Shown in pieces: positions 50,045 to 60,439 of a stretch of 64,000 nt of DNA. Position 1 is the first letter of the stretch, and the number at the start of each line of letters is the position of its first letter. The notes under the pieces were generated by a model. That model made no database searches and was not told the DNA's origin. It saw only the letters and a list, made by a program, of their open reading frames with translations. The position numbers and the translations under genes are program-made. Source of the stretch: a virus; the IMG/VR virus record IMGVR_UViG_3300025727_000008, positions 1 to 64,000 of that record; one strand, 5' to 3'.

Positions 50045-51135
50045 ATGCAGATATATTTGAAGAACAACTTAAAATAAAAAGTAATAATTATCCTAGATTG
50101 ACTGGTAAATTATTAGAATTATCTAATGCTGATAAATATGATGATGCTAAACAGGAATGGAGAATAACAGGTAAAACTTGGGACACTAATAGACATTATA
50201 ATAATCATCCTGATGTTTTATTGGAACTTAATAACCATCCTAGTAATCATAAACATCATTGTTTATGTGGTCATAATATTAGATACCATTTTGAAATAGA
50301 AAACACTACAACTAATGTATTAGAAATAGTAGGTTCTAGTTGTATTAACAATTGGATGGTATTAAGACATATTAATGAGGTATTGAAAATAGATAAGAGA
50401 ACCATTACTGAAAAGATGATTGATGAATGGAAACAAACAGCAGTTCAATCTTTGGTGAAGGATTCATGGTGGGAATTAGATGGTGAAGAGTTTACTAATA
50501 ATTTTAATAATATAAAGGATTTAGATTTAAGAATAAATGTGAAAAAGACAGGAAGGAAATATTGGGATGAAATGTTAAAGGAATACAGACCCCAAACATA
50601 TATTCGCAAATCAAGTAATGGTATATATGGACACCCTGATTATCAAATGGCTTCAATTGTTTGGAGATGGAATCATCCTGATAATAAACGAAGTCAAATA
50701 AATAGTAAGAGGGGATTTCCTAATGAAAGACTAATTAATGATATTGCTCATTTTCTTATTAATATGAATAGAATACTTACTATAATTCAAATTGAAGATA
50801 AAAAGGATTCAGAAAGGTATCAAGAATTAGCATTAATTGATAATGTTATTCGTAATGAAATAATTAAAACTAATGAAAATGATTTAGACCAACATCATTT
50901 TTTGAAGGGATGTGATTATTTTGGTATCAGACCATTCACAGCAGGTGAAGCAAGAAATGCTTGGGAACGACGATTTCTGAGAGATATGAGAAGGGTAGTG
51001 GTTAATATTCAACAGCCTACAGAAAAACAAGCCGATAAACTTATTAATATATTAAATAGAAGAAGTATTACAGAAGAAGGGGCGGTTCTTTCCAACGATG
51101 AATTTGTTAACCCTGACGATACAATGAGGATGTAA
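50041..51135 (+). CDS. Hypothetical protein with CxCGH...GSxC Zn motif
   Basis: HCLCGHNIRYHFEIEN...VGSSCI. Confidence 0.65.
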   Translation: MNADIFEEQLKIKSNNYPRLTGKLLELSNADKYDDAKQEWRITGKTWDTNRHYNNHPDVLLELNNHPSNHKHHCLCGHNIRYHFEIENTTTNVLEIVGSSCINNWMVLRHINEVLKIDKRTITEKMIDEWKQTAVQSLVKDSWWELDGEEFTNNFNNIKDLDLRINVKKTGRKYWDEMLKEYRPQTYIRKSSNGIYGHPDYQMASIVWRWNHPDNKRSQINSKRGFPNERLINDIAHFLINMNRILTIIQIEDKKDSERYQELALIDNVIRNEIIKTNENDLDQHHFLKGCDYFGIRPFTAGEARNAWERRFLRDMRRVVVNIQQPTEKQADKLINILNRRSITEEGAVLSNDEFVNPDDTMRM

Positions 51136-51137
51136 AT

Positions 51138-51401
51138 ATGGCAAAGAAAAATAAGAAAATAGAAGAAGAAGTAACGGAAGAAGAATCAGAAGATGTGGCT
51201 ATGCAAACGCCATTAAATACATTGCAAGAAGATTTCAATCGTCTTTTAGAATATGCTAAGGGGTTAGAAGGAACTCTTCAGTCATTCAGACAGAAGGTTG
51301 ATGTTTACGAAGCAATGCAAATACAACTACTTGGTGATAAGCGCGAGTTAAAATCGTATATTACACAATTAGAAACAGCACAAAGACAAAGTGAGTCTTA
51401 A
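51138..51401 (+). CDS. Coiled-coil protein
   Basis: Heptad pattern. Confidence 0.6.
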   Translation: MAKKNKKIEEEVTEEESEDVAMQTPLNTLQEDFNRLLEYAKGLEGTLQSFRQKVDVYEAMQIQLLGDKRELKSYITQLETAQRQSES

Positions 51402-51425
51402 ACACACAAACATAGAGGAATAAAA

Positions 51426-51641
51426 ATGGTTAAAGAAATGAAATTAAGAATAATGAATGAAACAGGCGACACAAATTTAGTTGTTAACACAACTGAAATG
51501 TGTGAGCAAATAGCAGAACACCCAACACATTGGGTTTATGTTGACGGAGATATGATTTCTAGGGAATCTGTAGTCAATGTAGATTGGAATGAAGTTGAGG
51601 CTGTTAACTTAGTACCAGCACTTGTTGGCGGAAGTCAGTAA
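51426..51641 (+). CDS. Ubiquitin-like (beta-grasp, MoaD/ThiS/SAMP-like) protein with GG-SQ end
   Basis: 71 aa; WVYVDG and VNLVPALVGG match beta-grasp sulfur-carrier/SAMP C-terminal pattern. Confidence 0.7.
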   Translation: MVKEMKLRIMNETGDTNLVVNTTEMCEQIAEHPTHWVYVDGDMISRESVVNVDWNEVEAVNLVPALVGGSQ

Positions 51642-51792
51642 ATCTGTAAATATTAAGTATATCTTACTATAGACTATAGTGTCTATCGGTAATTACTATA
51701 GGTCTAGTCTGACTGTTAGTAATCCCAATAACGGGAGTTGTTATCTAATGGGTGTGAAGCCCATTAAATCTTATTTAAAGGAGAAAAAAAAA

Positions 51793-53715
51793 ATGAATAA
51801 AGAAACTGAATTTGCATCAAAAATAACACACTTTACTAAATACGCTAAACATAAACCCGAATATAATAGAAGAGAAACATGGGAAGAAACTTGTATTAGA
51901 AATCTAATAATGCATCAAAATAAAATAACCACCGAATACACAAATATTAACACTCAAAATTTACTTTTACATAAACTATATGATGTTTATGATAATTATG
52001 TAATTCCAAAACTAATACTACCATCAATGCGCTCTATGCAATTCTCAGGGAGAGCAATAGAACGCTCACCAAATAGAATATACAATTGTGCTTACTTACC
52101 AATAGATAATATTTTATCTTTTTCAGAAACAATGTACCTTCTATTAGGTGGAACAGGTGTAGGTTATTCTGTTCAGCAACATCACATTGAACAATTACCG
52201 ATAATTAAAAAGGCAACATATCCTATGAAGTATATTATTCAAGATACCATTATAGGTTATGCTGATGCAGTAAAGGTTTTAGTTGAATCTAATACAGGAA
52301 TAATAGACTATAACCCTGTTTTTGATTTAAGTGAGATTAGACCTGAAGGAACTTTGTTAAAAACTACTGGTGGTAAATCTCCTGACCCAATGATTCTAAA
52401 AAGATGTTTAGAGAATATTTCTAATGTTTTTAATAGCAAACAAAATGGAGATAAATTAACCCCTTTAGAATCACATGATATTCTTTGTTATATTGCAGAT
52501 GCAGTATTAGCAGGTGGTATTAGGCGTTCAGCAATGATTGCTTTATTTAGTTATGATGATAATGAAATGATTGACTGTAAAAGTGGTGAATGGTGGACTT
52601 TTAATGAACAAAGAGGTATGGCGAATAATTCTGCTGTATTAGATAGGAATGAAGTTACCCAAAGTGATTTTAAGGTTCTATGGAATAAAGTTCAAAATAA
52701 TGGTAGCGGAGAACCTGCATTCTATTTCACTAACGATACAGAATGGGGAACAAATCCCTGCGTAGAAATAAGTTTAAAACCATATAGTTTCTGTAATCTT
52801 TGTGAAGTAAATGTTGCTAATGTTAAAGACCAATTAGATTTAGAAAATAGAATAGATGCGGCTACATTTTTAGGAACTTTACAAGCAACATATACAGATT
52901 TTCATTATTTACGACCTATATGGAAACAAACAACTGAAGAAGATGCATTAATTGGAATATCTATGACGGGTATTGCTAATAATAGAATTAAAGGATTAAA
53001 TTTAATTAACGCTAGTGATTTAGTTAAAGAAAAAAATCAGTATTACTCACAATTAATGAAAATTAATCAAGCGGCAAGAACAACTTGCGTTAAACCTGCT
53101 GGAACAACTAGCCTAATATTAGGCACAAGTAGTGGTATTCATGCATGGCATTCTAAATACTATATTAGAAGAATGAGAATAGGTAAAAAAGAACCTATTT
53201 ATAATTATTTATTAGAGAATATTCCTAAATTAATAGAGTGTGAGATTAAACACAATAAAACTACGGGAGAATCTTATTCTTCAGAACATTCTGCTGTGTT
53301 ATCATTACCTCAAAAAGCACCCTATAAAAATAGCATTGTAAGAGATGATGAATCAGCGTTAGATTTACTTAACCGTATTAAATATATTTCAACTAATTGG
53401 GTAAAGAATGGACATAACAATGGTATTAACACAAATAATGTATCTGCTACTGTTAGTGTGAAACCTAATGAATGGAAAGAAGTTGGTGAATGGATGTGGG
53501 ATAACAGAATTTTATACAATGGTATAGCATTATTACCGTATGATGGTGGTAATTATACACAAGCACCATTTGAAACTATTGATAAGAATAAATTTGAGGA
53601 AATGGTTAATATTATAGAAGATTCTAATTTTAATCTACAAGATATTGTAGAAATAGATGATAATACTAATCTACAATCCGAAATTGCTTGTGCTGGTGGA
53701 ACTTGTGAAATTTAA
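51793..53715 (+). CDS. nrdJ: Class II (adenosylcobalamin-dependent) ribonucleotide reductase
   Basis: LPSMRSM, YNCAY, GGTGVG, TNPCVE, CNLCE, KPAGT, C-terminal CAGGTC; start likely ATG 51793. Confidence 0.92.
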   Translation: MNKETEFASKITHFTKYAKHKPEYNRRETWEETCIRNLIMHQNKITTEYTNINTQNLLLHKLYDVYDNYVIPKLILPSMRSMQFSGRAIERSPNRIYNCAYLPIDNILSFSETMYLLLGGTGVGYSVQQHHIEQLPIIKKATYPMKYIIQDTIIGYADAVKVLVESNTGIIDYNPVFDLSEIRPEGTLLKTTGGKSPDPMILKRCLENISNVFNSKQNGDKLTPLESHDILCYIADAVLAGGIRRSAMIALFSYDDNEMIDCKSGEWWTFNEQRGMANNSAVLDRNEVTQSDFKVLWNKVQNNGSGEPAFYFTNDTEWGTNPCVEISLKPYSFCNLCEVNVANVKDQLDLENRIDAATFLGTLQATYTDFHYLRPIWKQTTEEDALIGISMTGIANNRIKGLNLINASDLVKEKNQYYSQLMKINQAARTTCVKPAGTTSLILGTSSGIHAWHSKYYIRRMRIGKKEPIYNYLLENIPKLIECEIKHNKTTGESYSSEHSAVLSLPQKAPYKNSIVRDDESALDLLNRIKYISTNWVKNGHNNGINTNNVSATVSVKPNEWKEVGEWMWDNRILYNGIALLPYDGGNYTQAPFETIDKNKFEEMVNIIEDSNFNLQDIVEIDDNTNLQSEIACAGGTCEI

Positions 53716-54002
53716 TTTAAAAAATTATCCAATACTGTCCCATACAGAAAAAAATAACTTTTTACTTATTGAAGAAGATATAATAGATATTATAGAAAAT
53801 ACAGAGGGTAAATATATTATTAGAAGTAATTTCAATGCAAGAAAAAAGGGTGAATTATCCCATACTAAATTAATTAAAAATATTGTATATTATGTAATAT
53901 ATGGATATACAATAATAAATACTATAGATGAATTAGAGAATTATATCTACTATTCAATAGATGTTAAAATAAATAATAAAAAAAATAAATGGAGAAATAA
54001 AT

Positions 54003-55316
54003 ATGAAAATAAAAATAGCAATACCAACTGTCGGTGATAGTGGAAACACAACAAATTCTAGTTTTTTGTTTAGAGCAGAAGAAAAGGACAAATTTCTGTT
54101 TAGTAAGTTATACACAAGGGAATATGTTAAACCTAACTATATTTATAAAAGTCGTGGTTTAAATAATCGTGGTGAGAAAGTTATTACTTGTGGTAGAGTA
54201 ACTATAGGAAATAATAACGATGACCCTGTTTTACACACTATATCTACAACTATTAATGATTCGTTATTCCCAACAAAGATTAGAGATACGACAAAATCTA
54301 ATTTTATGAATACTATTACATTTAAATATATTAATGGTTCTATGATGTTATTTTATGGTAGAACTAATAAAAGATATTATATTAATGGTATGTTGATAAA
54401 TAAAGCAGACCTTATTAAAGCAATAAGTAAAATTATATTAAGGGCTTCATTAACTAGATGTAAAAACCAATTATTTCAGTATATGAGAAAAGTAACACTA
54501 TTTCCTCATAATGTTCTTTATGCTTTAGAAAATAGAACACCTTATCATTTTCAACATGAAATGAGAAAAACAGAAGTAGTAATTAATACTAAATTAATTA
54601 ATGAAGAAGAATGTGTATTAGAAATATCTGATGGTATTTGGGGAGCATTAAAAACAAAAGAATTAAGCACTTTTATTGATTATTTTAAATATAATAAGAA
54701 GAGAAGTAAAACATGGAAAGTAGGAATTACTAATGAGTTCTTATGGGAACAATTAATGGGTGAACCACCTTCAAGAACAGAACTATCTAAAATGACGCAG
54801 TGGTTATTACAACATAGAACATCTGATTTAATAGAAGATAGAGCAACTAAATTGTTATTTGATATTTCCGCAGAAAATCCTGCTATTGATTTTGTTCAGT
54901 TTCGTAATCCACAAAATAAAGCATTATTTGTACATGGAAAATATTCTGATTGGGTTATAGTGTATATTGGTAAAGGTATGAAGCGAGGAAGACAAGATGT
55001 AGTAACCTACCAAATTAAAGCCCCTTCTAAAGAGAAAGGTAATTGGCATGGAATGAAACTTTCAGGTAGTATTTGTATTGATAATGTGTCTAGAGGGTCT
55101 AGTATTGGCGACCAATTAGTTGCTAGAGCATTAGCGTTGGTTGATGAAAGAATAGCGGCACACCACCTTTACACGATTAAACCGTTGATAACCCCTGCAT
55201 TAATTAGTGGGGATGTAATTATGCCGAGATTAGATAGAAAGAAATTAAATAGTTGGAATCAATCAAAGGCAAATGAATATACTTTAAAGCAAACACAAAA
55301 GAGGAATGTAAAATGA
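54003..55316 (+). CDS. Hypothetical protein, C-terminal region with possible E2-like catalytic Cys
   Basis: SGSICIDNV resembles E2 GxICLD; family assignment speculative. Confidence 0.45.
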   Translation: MKIKIAIPTVGDSGNTTNSSFLFRAEEKDKFLFSKLYTREYVKPNYIYKSRGLNNRGEKVITCGRVTIGNNNDDPVLHTISTTINDSLFPTKIRDTTKSNFMNTITFKYINGSMMLFYGRTNKRYYINGMLINKADLIKAISKIILRASLTRCKNQLFQYMRKVTLFPHNVLYALENRTPYHFQHEMRKTEVVINTKLINEEECVLEISDGIWGALKTKELSTFIDYFKYNKKRSKTWKVGITNEFLWEQLMGEPPSRTELSKMTQWLLQHRTSDLIEDRATKLLFDISAENPAIDFVQFRNPQNKALFVHGKYSDWVIVYIGKGMKRGRQDVVTYQIKAPSKEKGNWHGMKLSGSICIDNVSRGSSIGDQLVARALALVDERIAAHHLYTIKPLITPALISGDVIMPRLDRKKLNSWNQSKANEYTLKQTQKRNVK

Positions 55317-56233
55317 AATGTTCAGAATGTAATTGTATTACAACTTCCTTTGATGAAAGATTAGGTGAAACTATTTGTAATGATTGCGGTCTGATTTTAT
55401 CAGTAGATATTTTTGAAGAAACAATGAGTGTAATTACAACAACAAAGCAACAAGGTAATATTAAATTTAATAGAAGTGCTGATATTTATACTCTAGGTTC
55501 TGTAATATGGAAGAATGATGTGAAGGTAGGCTACAATAGTAATAACTACAAGTTGTTTCGTGAACAATTAAGGTCAGTTTCTAATCCAACAGAACAAAAG
55601 TTCAAGGTTTCATCCGGTATGTTTTTATCTTATTATAGTGGAAAATCACTACTTCCTGAAGTTTTTTTGAAGTTTAAAATTCTTAAAGAAGAACATATAA
55701 TAAGAGGACTACCTATTGATAATGTAGCCGCAGGTATAGTATATTATGTTCTTAAAGAAAAAAATATTCCTGTTTCATTGAAGGATTTTTCAAAGAAAAG
55801 TAAAATACCCACTAAAAATATAATGAGAACGGCTAAAAAACTAACTAAGAGGTTTGGTAAAGCACATGTATTTAGTGATTTAAATGTAAATGATATAATT
55901 AATCAATTTATAGAAAATTTAAATTCTTTAGAAGGTAAATGTAAGATACCTGATTCTGTTAGAATGGATTGTTACAATTTTATTGAATATATAAAAAGGT
56001 GTTATGATAATTTTAACTTAACATTTACAAGAAACCATATAATAACAGCAATATGGATGGTAGGACAAACACATATTTCACTAAATATAACACAAGATTC
56101 TCTCAAAGAATTATGTAACATAAGCCCATATACTATTAGACATAAAACTGAACAGATTTGTAATAATCTAAATTTAGATAGAAGTAAATTGAAATTATAT
56201 ACTATTGAAAATATTATAAATGGGGTAAGATAA
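55313..56233 (+). CDS. tfb: Transcription initiation factor TFB/TFIIB homolog
   Basis: Zn ribbon CSEC...DERLGETICNDCGLIL; two cyclin-like repeats (IRG..NVAAGIVY; ITQDSL). Confidence 0.85.
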   Translation: MKCSECNCITTSFDERLGETICNDCGLILSVDIFEETMSVITTTKQQGNIKFNRSADIYTLGSVIWKNDVKVGYNSNNYKLFREQLRSVSNPTEQKFKVSSGMFLSYYSGKSLLPEVFLKFKILKEEHIIRGLPIDNVAAGIVYYVLKEKNIPVSLKDFSKKSKIPTKNIMRTAKKLTKRFGKAHVFSDLNVNDIINQFIENLNSLEGKCKIPDSVRMDCYNFIEYIKRCYDNFNLTFTRNHIITAIWMVGQTHISLNITQDSLKELCNISPYTIRHKTEQICNNLNLDRSKLKLYTIENIINGVR

Positions 56234-56234
56234 T

Positions 56235-56381
56235 ATGGGAATAATGAATGAAATAGATATAATGGTTAAAAACCAAGAAAGCCCTGAAGAAATAGCAAAA
56301 GTTATTCTCAGTTCAGGGAATTTTGATGGTAATAGTGATGAAGCATTAAGATGTGCAATAGAAATAATAAAGGAGCAATAA
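56235..56381 (+). CDS. 48-aa hypothetical protein (not in ORF track)
   Basis: MGIMNEIDIMVKNQESPEEIAKVIL...; fills TFB-ThiF gap. Confidence 0.45.
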   Translation: MGIMNEIDIMVKNQESPEEIAKVILSSGNFDGNSDEALRCAIEIIKEQ

Positions 56382-56383
56382 AA

Positions 56384-57025
56384 ATGAAAATAAAAAAATT
56401 AAAACAAAGAAAAATATTGATAATAGGAGCAGGTGGGATAGGTAGTTATCTTGTATCTTTCCTAGAAAGAATTAGTGAGAGAAGACAACCACTTTATCAC
56501 ATTACTATTTATGATGATGATAAAGTAGAAGAAAAGAATTTATCTTATCAGAATTATAATGTAAGTGATGTTGGTAAAACAAAAGTAAGCGTTGTTGGTA
56601 ATTCAGTAGGGATAAAACCTGCTATAATTAATCGAGAAGAATTTCAAGTATTAATATCTAAACAAATGCATGGATATAAAGGTAAATATCCTTATGACCT
56701 TGTAATTTGTTGTGTTGATAATCTTGCTGCTAGAAGATTAATGTATAAAGAAGGACATGGAGAAGATTGTCCTGTAAAATGGTTAGACCTTAGAGCGCAA
56801 GGTAGAAATGCAGTATTGATTTCTTACAAAGTTAATCCTATATTAATACCGGATTTACTTGCCGGTGCAGATGGTTCATTTAGTTGCCAAAATGGAGATT
56901 GGGATGGTTCTGCTAAAGACGTTAATTCAATGCATATTGCAATAGCAGGTATTGGAACTCAATGGATTCAACGATGGTTTAATGATAATAATGATGTTGC
57001 AGATAAAATGGTGGTGCATGTATGA
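56384..57025 (+). CDS. ThiF/MoeB/E1-family adenylyltransferase
   Basis: ILIIGAGGIG, YDDDKVEEKNL, GKTKV, DLVICCVDN; start likely ATG 56384 after AGGAG. Confidence 0.9.
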   Translation: MKIKKLKQRKILIIGAGGIGSYLVSFLERISERRQPLYHITIYDDDKVEEKNLSYQNYNVSDVGKTKVSVVGNSVGIKPAIINREEFQVLISKQMHGYKGKYPYDLVICCVDNLAARRLMYKEGHGEDCPVKWLDLRAQGRNAVLISYKVNPILIPDLLAGADGSFSCQNGDWDGSAKDVNSMHIAIAGIGTQWIQRWFNDNNDVADKMVVHV

Positions 57026-57258
57026 GAGCCGCGTCAAAGGCTCATGTTGAGTATGAAGTGTTAAGATATATTCTTAATAATATAGACTTGTCTGATTTAG
57101 AAGAAAGAATGTGTCCTAAAGATGATGCTAAGTTAGAGTTACTAACTAAGAGATTTAATGATGGTGCAAACGCTATTTCTAAACAGATTAATAATAAGAT
57201 TCAAAGTAGGAAGAATAAACTTCCAAAGAAGCATTCAGCATATGAGGTGAAAGAATGA
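57022..57258 (+). CDS. Hypothetical protein
   Basis: ATGA-coupled to ThiF. Confidence 0.6.
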   Translation: MRAASKAHVEYEVLRYILNNIDLSDLEERMCPKDDAKLELLTKRFNDGANAISKQINNKIQSRKNKLPKKHSAYEVKE

Positions 57259-57545
57259 GTGATGAAAGTGGAATGCTAAAAGAGATGTGCGACGAGTGTG
57301 GTAAGGATTATTCAGGTGACGAGATTCGACGCTGCTCTATCTGCAACACAGCAGTTCACATGAACAGTTGTGGGGATGAGTGGAAGTATGACGAGTCACT
57401 ACATGACGAGCATCACAGAAGCGGTGATGTGTGTTCCCGCTGCGTAACAAACATTATCTTACACCACTTACAACATTTAGGTGAGAGTGAGGATAGACAA
57501 GCCAACTTTACTTGGTGGTTCAACAAAGGAGATGAAGAAGAATGA
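57255..57545 (+). CDS. C4HC3 (PHD/RINGv-like) Zn-finger protein
   Basis: CDEC..CSIC-x4-H-x3-C...CSRC. Confidence 0.6.
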   Translation: MSDESGMLKEMCDECGKDYSGDEIRRCSICNTAVHMNSCGDEWKYDESLHDEHHRSGDVCSRCVTNIILHHLQHLGESEDRQANFTWWFNKGDEEE

Positions 57546-58096
57546 ATGATAAAGAAGAAGATGATAGAATGATTGATGAAAGCAAATACGAAGGACACAC
57601 ACCTGCACCTTGGCGAGTTGAAAACGGAAGCATACACGCAAAAGCCGATTGGTGGTCAGGAGCAGGTGATATGATTTTCTTTTCAAAACGACACGGACAA
57701 GATGCAAACTCACAACTCATGGCAGACGCACCACTTCTCTTAGCAGAAGTCAAGCGGTTGCGTAAGATATTAGGCGATATTGTTGAGACTGAATCTCCGG
57801 AAATATGTTTGGCTTGTAATGGAGTGAATAAAGACCCCGAAACTCACGGATATTGTGAAAACTGCCGAGTGAAATGCGAGATTTGCGGAAATTATTTGGA
57901 TGAAGACACCGAAGGAGAAAATTATGAGAATGAGAATTGTGGGTGTTGTTATGTTGAAGCAGGGATTATCCCCGAATGGATGGGTCATTCCTATTACGCC
58001 AACGATTATCTCAAAGATTTCTCCCCCAAAGTGTTAGAAGAATACGGGTATGATAACCCTTGTGATTGTGGGGATGAGGAAGGTGATGCAGAATGA
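57542..58096 (+). CDS. Phage HTPGPW-type protein with Cys-rich C-terminus
   Basis: HTPAPW...ANSQLMADAPLLL motif common in phage small proteins. Confidence 0.6.
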   Translation: MNDKEEDDRMIDESKYEGHTPAPWRVENGSIHAKADWWSGAGDMIFFSKRHGQDANSQLMADAPLLLAEVKRLRKILGDIVETESPEICLACNGVNKDPETHGYCENCRVKCEICGNYLDEDTEGENYENENCGCCYVEAGIIPEWMGHSYYANDYLKDFSPKVLEEYGYDNPCDCGDEEGDAE

Positions 58097-58353
58097 AGTA
58101 TATTCATTTCAATATATTAGATAGGGTTCTATGTGATGCAGAAGCAGAACCCGTTCCAGAAAAATTGGCAAACACTAGAAGATTGTGTAATGATTGTATT
58201 CAAGTTATATGGAAGGAACAGTATAGTAGAAGTCGATTTTTTCCCCAAGAGTGGGTAGAAAAAGTTGATACACAAACGGAGTTATTACCACCTAAAAAAA
58301 TAAAACCATTAGCGTATTATTTAAAATTAAAGGAAGTACAACTATGGGAGTAA
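58093..58353 (+). CDS. Hypothetical protein
   Basis: GGTGA SD; HxxxxxxxLC...CNDC. Confidence 0.55.
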   Translation: MKYIHFNILDRVLCDAEAEPVPEKLANTRRLCNDCIQVIWKEQYSRSRFFPQEWVEKVDTQTELLPPKKIKPLAYYLKLKEVQLWE

Positions 58354-58541
58354 AAAGATACCGGTATATGGATGGTGAAAAAGGTGATGAACAATACCTA
58401 AAAGCGAAAGATGAGGAATCAGAAGCCGTAACCATGTTTATGCACAATCTAATAGAAAGGGCTGAAATAAAAGCAAGTAAATATAGAAATATTGCTTTAC
58501 TTTCTAATGTCTGTTGGATTTTAGTATATTATTGGTGGTGA
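58344..58541 (+). CDS. Small protein with C-terminal hydrophobic segment
   Basis: IALLSNVCWILVYYWW. Confidence 0.5.
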   Translation: MGVKRYRYMDGEKGDEQYLKAKDEESEAVTMFMHNLIERAEIKASKYRNIALLSNVCWILVYYWW

Positions 58542-58708
58542 AAGTATGAGCAATGACTCAGTAAATAATTGCCCTATTTGTAAAGAACCAATGAAATTAA
58601 TGAAGGGAATATCCCATAAATCCCGTTATGATGACGGTGTTTCAACACAATACCATTATTGTGTTCATTGTAGTGAAGAAAAATGGAAAAACAAGGAGAG
58701 TGAATAAA

Positions 58709-58948
58709 ATGGTAGAAGATACAGATATAGATGATATAATAGAAGAAGATGTAGGGAATATAATGAATGTAATAACAACTGATGGTTATTATATTCAAGC
58801 CCAAGTAGTAAAGGTATCATGCCCTGCTTGTGGTGAGGAATTTTTAGGAACTAAACGCCATGCTGGTGGATTTATTGCAGGTCATATAGCCTTTCATGAA
58901 TTTGAAAATACCCGCGACACAATAGTAGAATCAATGGGGGGAATATAA
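58709..58948 (+). CDS. C2H2-like Zn-finger protein
   Basis: CPACGEEF...HIAFH; likely start MVEDTD. Confidence 0.55.
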   Translation: MVEDTDIDDIIEEDVGNIMNVITTDGYYIQAQVVKVSCPACGEEFLGTKRHAGGFIAGHIAFHEFENTRDTIVESMGGI

Positions 58949-59034
58949 TTGGTTTCGTGGTCGTTTGAAGAAAGAACAATGTTATATGAATTAGATAATG
59001 ATGGACACCTGATGGTAATTAGGAGTGAAATAAA

Positions 59035-59597
59035 ATGAAAGAAAAAATAAAAATAGAAGAAGAAAATAAAGCAATGAAAGATTTTGATTGGAAGAATCAC
59101 ATTAGGGATGTGTATAAAGATATGAATAAAATCAATGAAGGTGGTGTTAATTTTATTAGCCCTTGCCAAGATAGTGAAGTATTTTTAACATCAATTTGGA
59201 ATATGTCTATGGATGTATTAGATGGTATGGAAGTGCAAGTAGTTATTGACGACAAAGATGATTTGTATATCAGTAGTGGTTCAGCATCATTTGTATCTTT
59301 TGAAAATCATGAAGATGAATTAGTAAATGGTGCGCCAATGAGAATACCAATTAAATCATGGATTCATACCCATCCATTTGGTGAGGCTTACCTTAGCGGT
59401 ACAGATTGGAAAACAGTAAAGACATGGCAACCTATTATGAAAAGTGCTATTGTGTTAGGTGATAATCAATACCTTGCGGTGAACATGGATAATGCTAGAT
59501 ACGAAAAGGGAACTTTTTCAGCAAAGAAGGTTTACTATGGATTATTAGAACAAACTAATTTTGGTGATGTAGAACCTATGATGGAAGGTGAAGAATA

Positions 59598-59598
<1 letters not shown>
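59035..59598 (+). CDS. JAB/MPN+ (JAMM) metalloprotease
   Basis: E(VQVV)...WIHTHP-x6-S-x2-D JAMM motif. Confidence 0.88.
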
Positions 59599-59897
<299 letters not shown>

Positions 59898-59983
59898 ATG
59901 ACTACATTAACTGAAGAGAATAGCAGACAAACAACATTAGAAGAATTTGGATTATTTTTATACTTAAAGTTTGGAGATGAAGA

Positions 59984-60439
59984 ATGGTGGTTAGAATGAA
60001 GAAATTTATTGCAATATTATTTGCATCAATTCTATTAGCAGGGTGTTCCATTCCTGACCCTGAAGAAGTATTTGCTGAAGAAAAGGAAGCCCCTAAAGAA
60101 TGGATTAATATTAATGGGTCATTTACTTATTTAATTAATGATATGAATAATTCTACACAAGAAACTATTTGGATAAATGTTAATAGTTCTCATGGTTTAA
60201 TTGAGTTAGATAGTTTCCAATATAATATTACACATCTAAGTTTTGAAGTAGTGAATAATACAGTTTATTTTCATAACTATACATATGTTGTATCGGGTTA
60301 TCTTGAACAAAATAATTTTATGTGGAATATTGGATATGCACCTAATTTTGGTAATGCAAGTTTAATATTTCCAACCTTTCCATTTGATGTAACTATTTAT
60401 TACAATGTTAATTATCGTATATGGAATGGTCAAGAATGA
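59984..60439 (+). CDS. Putative lipoprotein
   Basis: MKKFIAILFASILLAGC lipobox. Confidence 0.75.
   Translation: MVVRMKKFIAILFASILLAGCSIPDPEEVFAEEKEAPKEWININGSFTYLINDMNNSTQETIWINVNSSHGLIELDSFQYNITHLSFEVVNNTVYFHNYTYVVSGYLEQNNFMWNIGYAPNFGNASLIFPTFPFDVTIYYNVNYRIWNGQE

Noticed and set aside
53657-54037. Confident CDS after RNR
   Set aside because: Overlaps both neighbours, extremely AT-rich, no clear start/SD; may be a remnant.
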